A DNA stretch of 50,966 bases from Holosporales bacterium (GTDB lineage Bacteria; Pseudomonadota; Alphaproteobacteria; UBA3830; JAIRWN01), in assembly GCA_031267535.1 (NCBI GenBank), contig JAIRYS010000011.1, positions 1 to 50,966 on the forward strand, given 5' to 3'. This document shows, one piece after another, positions 47,670 through 50,966 of the stretch. Under the pieces are notes generated by a model. The model was given only the letters and a program-made list of their open reading frames with translations. It did not search any database and was not told the origin of the DNA. A program made the position numbers and the translations under genes. Each line of letters opens with the position of its first letter. The stretch's first letter is position 1.

Positions 47670-47827
47670 ATAATCCTCACGCTATAAAACAACTTAGTAC
47701 ATATATAATGCCATTTATTGTATTAAGCAAGTTTTTTTATAAATTATTAATACAAATATTGCTGAATATTAAAAATATGTTATTTAATACAAAAATTAAC
47801 TCAAGAATGAATTGTCTTTGTTAATTC

Positions 47828-48544
47828 ATGGTTAGCCTACGCAAATATATTGCTATGTATCTTCCTTCTTCACGAAGGAAGGCGGATTATCTAATAACAG
47901 ACGGGCGCGTTAGTATTGACGGCCAAGTAATGCGAGTACCGTCCTTAACTGTCGATTGTCAGCAAACAGTTTGTGTTGACGGAGTCGAATTAACTCCTAA
48001 AAGAATTGAGTATACCGTTTGGTGTTACTATAAGCCTAGGGGCCTTGTTACCACTCATAAAGACCCGCAGGGAAGGCCTACGGTTTTCGATGATCTGCCT
48101 AAGGACATTGGGCGCGTTATATCTGTTGGACGTCTTGATATAAATACTGAAGGATTGCTGTTAATCACCAATTGTCACGTTTTCGCGCGTTACATGGAAC
48201 TGCCCAGCAATGGGTTTATCAGAACCTACAGAGTAAAAATTTTTGGCCGTATTGACCTTGATCGCCTTGAGCAACTGAAATTCGGCGTCACCATTGAACA
48301 AATCCAATATGGCAGTGTTATTGTTAAGGTTGAAAAGTCGTTGAGGCTAAACTCTTGGCTTCAGATCAGCATTTACGAAGGCAAAAACCGAGAAGTCAGA
48401 AAAATAATGGCCTATCTAGGTCTAAAAATTGCAAGGATTATTCGTATTTCGTATGGGCCTTTTAAGCTTGGGGATTTAGCTCCGCACCAGCTTAGAAAAG
48501 CGCCGGAACACTTGCTAAAACGGTTTGCAAAATGCTTCGAGTAA
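47828..48544 (+). CDS. rRNA pseudouridine synthase, RsuA/RluB family (S4 domain plus catalytic domain)
   Basis: The catalytic Asp motif GRLDINTEGLLLITN and the motif GKNREVRKI are present. Confidence 0.88.
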   Translation: MVSLRKYIAMYLPSSRRKADYLITDGRVSIDGQVMRVPSLTVDCQQTVCVDGVELTPKRIEYTVWCYYKPRGLVTTHKDPQGRPTVFDDLPKDIGRVISVGRLDINTEGLLLITNCHVFARYMELPSNGFIRTYRVKIFGRIDLDRLEQLKFGVTIEQIQYGSVIVKVEKSLRLNSWLQISIYEGKNREVRKIMAYLGLKIARIIRISYGPFKLGDLAPHQLRKAPEHLLKRFAKCFE

Positions 48545-49131
48545 TTGCAGGAAAGTATAAAGGCAGACGACTGTCAACCGCTGGCATAGAATGTGCCAAA
48601 CCAACCTCTGGCCGCGGGCGTCAGACTGTATTTGATATACTGTCTAACCTAACCAACATTGGCGGCAAAGAGACGCTTGCCGGTGCATGTGTTGTTGATT
48701 GTTTTGCTGGAACTGGCGCTTTGGGGATAGAAGCCGCCTCGCGTGGAGCGCGAGAAGTGATTTTTATAGAACAATCCAACAGCAACTGCGCGCTTATAAA
48801 AGCAAATGCTAAATTCTTGAAAGAGAAATACGCCCTATTGAACTCTGATTTATTTCTTATACCGAAAGACAGGATTGGTCGCGGGTCTGTTGACTTGATG
48901 TTTTTGGATCCTCCATATAACAAAGGCTCGATAGGGCGATGCTTGGAATGTGTGTTAAACAACGACTGGCTGCGCAATCAGGCGTTACTAGTCCTAGAGG
49001 CAGAAGTTGAATTTAATATCCAGCTACCTCAATGTCTGCTTGAAGAGAAAACTCGCGTTATCTCCAACTCTAAATTTACAGTTGTCAGATATGTTGTCGG
49101 GAATTTAGAAAAATATTGCTCTTCAGATTAG
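48532..49131 (+). CDS. rsmD: 16S rRNA (guanine966-N2)-methyltransferase
   Basis: The start is MLRVIAGKYKGRRL. The SAM-binding motif is DCFAGTGALGIEAASRGA, and the FLDPPY motif is present. Confidence 0.9.
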   Translation: MLRVIAGKYKGRRLSTAGIECAKPTSGRGRQTVFDILSNLTNIGGKETLAGACVVDCFAGTGALGIEAASRGAREVIFIEQSNSNCALIKANAKFLKEKYALLNSDLFLIPKDRIGRGSVDLMFLDPPYNKGSIGRCLECVLNNDWLRNQALLVLEAEVEFNIQLPQCLLEEKTRVISNSKFTVVRYVVGNLEKYCSSD

Positions 49132-49168
49132 CGAAGGATAAGCTTCCATCGCGCCTGCTGCGCAGATT

Positions 49169-49254
49169 GCCCGTGTGGTGGAATGGTAGACACTACAGAC
49201 TTAAAATCTGTTGTCGGTAACGACGTGGGGGTTCAAGTCCCTCCACGGGCACCA
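49169..49254 (+). tRNA. tRNA-Leu (anticodon UAA)
   Basis: GCCCGTGTGGTGGAATGGTAGACACTACAGACTTAAAATCTGTTGTCGGTAACGACGTGGGGGTTCAAGTCCCTCCACGGGCACCA. It has a long variable arm, anticodon loop CTTAAAA and an encoded CCA. Confidence 0.93.
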
Positions 49255-49377
49255 AGTGTTCTAAGGGATTTTTGATTCGTTATTTTGTTTAGAGGCTGGT
49301 GATTTGTCCAACTGGTGTACAACCTTTTATGAGGGAGTCGCTGAGGTTTTTATGGGGTTTGGTTATATTGGTTAGGA

Positions 49378-49752
49378 TTGATTAATGCTATAGGTTTATT
49401 GATTAGAGGGCTGTTGGGGCAGATTCTACAAATCTTCAACGAAGTGAATAACAGAGAAGCGCGTATGTCAAACAAACTTCTAGCTGAGTTGCCTTCGTAC
49501 ATTACAAAGGAGTTCTACGACCAGTTCTATCGAGTTTTCGATGAAGTGTTAGAAACACACGACGCTATCGCTGATGAATCTCACTTTTATGAATTAGCTA
49601 TATGGCTGATTGACAAATTATCTAGAGAACAAGCAGAGAAAGGGGCGGAAGAAGGGGGTGAATTGTCACGAGATTACCTTTATTTGTACGGAGGTAAGGT
49701 TGGCGTGAGCAAATTGATAAGTTCTACGGCACGGCAGCTGAAGTATTTGTAA
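49378..49752 (+). CDS. Hypothetical protein (the likely real start is the ATG at 49465, MSNKLLAELPSY)
   Basis: Open frame only. The sequence is acidic and looks helical. Confidence 0.4.
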   Translation: MINAIGLLIRGLLGQILQIFNEVNNREARMSNKLLAELPSYITKEFYDQFYRVFDEVLETHDAIADESHFYELAIWLIDKLSREQAEKGAEEGGELSRDYLYLYGGKVGVSKLISSTARQLKYL

Positions 49753-49757
49753 GGAGT

Positions 49758-50069
49758 ATGGTTACTTTTGTGAAAACATCGAACGAAGATGATTTAGGGA
49801 ATAATCTAAGGAGTTTATATAATGTTGCTTATAACAATCTCAAAGAAAAGCTCTCTTTATCAGATTCCGATATTGACAATCAGGTAATTAGAACGGCAAA
49901 GGCATTTGCTTTATATGAGGTGTCCGGAGGCTTGGCTTATAGCTTCGGAGTCTTCCCTAAAACATTAAACGTTGAAGAATCTATAAACATCGCCTTTGGC
50001 TTAGTGACCGAGGAGGAAAGAGGAATGTCGACGCGGAAGAAATCGTTCAACATTTTAGGGATTGTCTGA
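49758..50069 (+). CDS. Hypothetical protein (103 aa), possibly frameshifted at its 3' end
   Basis: AGGAG lies 4 nt before the ATG. A neighbouring frame stays open from 49976 to 50266. Confidence 0.45.
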   Translation: MVTFVKTSNEDDLGNNLRSLYNVAYNNLKEKLSLSDSDIDNQVIRTAKAFALYEVSGGLAYSFGVFPKTLNVEESINIAFGLVTEEERGMSTRKKSFNILGIV

Positions 50070-50391
50070 TTCAGGACAATAATAGGTTTAGAAAGGTTGC
50101 TTCTGAAGATGAGGGGCCTTTAACAATAAAAGCAGAGGATAAAGCAAGGACTATTAACTTTCAGATGGAATATGTACAGGAGTATACGAAAGCAAACGGA
50201 GGCAAGCGCTATTTTCGTTTTTGGATGCCGCGCTTGTATTGTTCTAGTCATCTAACTCATTCTTGACAACCATGGTGACAAACCTGCTCTGTCTTCCATC
50301 AATTCTAGTCCTTAAATTCCGCCCATCTTTTTCCAAATCTAATCCCTCTTTTTTCTTTAATGATGATGTGACAGCTTTAACGCTATAGCCT

Positions 50392-50799
50392 TTACAGATC
50401 TGCGGTAATTATCGTTAATGCATCGCAGTGACTGAAAGCGCCTTCGAAGGTTTGAGTTGGAGTCTCATTCATTATTTCTTCACAGATTTTTTCGAATTCG
50501 CCGTTATTGTTTGCGGGTATCAATGTTTCACGAAAGTCTTCGTGCTTTTTTATGAGCTCCTTTGGCAAAAGCATTGTACGATCTTTTTTGCAGTCTAATT
50601 GTGAAGATACACAACTGAATTCCGAATAACCGCAATTCTTAAGATTTTTCAGCGAGGAGGAATCCCACATCCTAGAGCCGAACCCCTCTATCTTTTTCGC
50701 ATCGACTTCCATGCATGCCCAGGCGAAGCGAGAGAGTGATACAGAGCCTGCCATAAGAAATGATTCTCTTCGGCTGTCTACAGGGCATTGCTCCTTCAA
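50392..50799 (-). CDS. Hypothetical protein or gene fragment; the reading frame appears to continue in another frame down to 50244
   Basis: The start codon is TTG. Downstream, the frame ICKGYSVKAVTSSLKKKEGLDLEKDGRNLRTRIDGRQSRFVTMVVKNELDD is open. Confidence 0.3.
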   Translation of the reverse strand: MKEQCPVDSRRESFLMAGSVSLSRFAWACMEVDAKKIEGFGSRMWDSSSLKNLKNCGYSEFSCVSSQLDCKKDRTMLLPKELIKKHEDFRETLIPANNNGEFEKICEEIMNETPTQTFEGAFSHCDALTIITADL

Positions 50800-50966
50800 C
50801 TATGCCTATTCACAACCTTGATTATCAACATCTATCAAAATATCCCTCTCCCTTTTATTATTGGAGGAACGTATCGTCGTGTATTCTATCCATTTTATGA
50901 AACTGTAGATAAGTATCTTGCTATCGAAAAGTACAAGAAAGCTTTTGAGGCGAGCAATGAAAAATG

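Noticed and set aside
1-50966. CRISPR arrays, rRNA genes, or intact IS elements or transposases.
   Set aside because: No regularly spaced direct repeats, rRNA-like sequence or transposase-like ORFs were seen anywhere in the window.

Overview
This 51-kb window looks like the chromosome of an alphaproteobacterium with a reduced, endosymbiont-like genome. That call is an inference from gene content (NtrY/NtrX, a ChpT-like phosphotransferase, dusB followed by a small Fis-type HTH gene) and from the AT-rich spacers. Most of the window is housekeeping backbone:
- Replication and expression: topA, rpmH, a stand-alone 5'-3' exonuclease, rpoB-rpoC, tyrS, mnmA, an RsuA/RluB-type pseudouridine synthase, rsmD.
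- Envelope and cell shape: PBP1A, mreD-mrdA-rodA, two divergent GT4 glycosyltransferases, a PpiC-type PPIase, a DsbA-like protein.
- Metabolism and proteolysis: an IscS/NifS-type cysteine desulfurase, accA, a HIT protein, hslVU, an alpha/beta hydrolase, two paralogous DAACS transporters.
- Regulation: dusB, the Fis-like HTH protein, ntrY, ntrX and the ChpT-like gene.
- RNA genes: tRNA-Thr(GGU) and tRNA-Leu(UAA).

Several small accessory patches interrupt the backbone:
1. At 143-1260, a decayed P4-type integrase lies between a 52-bp near-perfect inverted repeat pair. It is wedged between an orphan tRNA 3' end and tRNA-Thr.
2. At 12822-13647, an 826-bp spacer lies upstream of rpoB where rplJ-rplL would normally be expected. 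It has a more GC-rich core.
3. At 25.5-27.7 kb, an AT-flanked islet encodes a Cys-rich orphan, a C13 tract, a secreted orphan and a eukaryote-type RRM protein with an Arg/Asp-rich repeat tail.
4. At 29.07-31.76 kb, an RsbU/RsbW/RsbV-type partner-switching module has no sigma factor gene beside it and sits next to a patatin-like phospholipase.
5. At 35286-35678, a small Lys-rich secreted protein contains internal repeats.
6. At 45642-47669, a 675-aa orphan carries a signal peptide.
7. Downstream of tRNA-Leu, an eroded islet shows reading frames that appear to be frameshifted.

I saw no CRISPR array, rRNA gene or intact IS element. All functional calls come from motif recognition by eye; no database searches were run.
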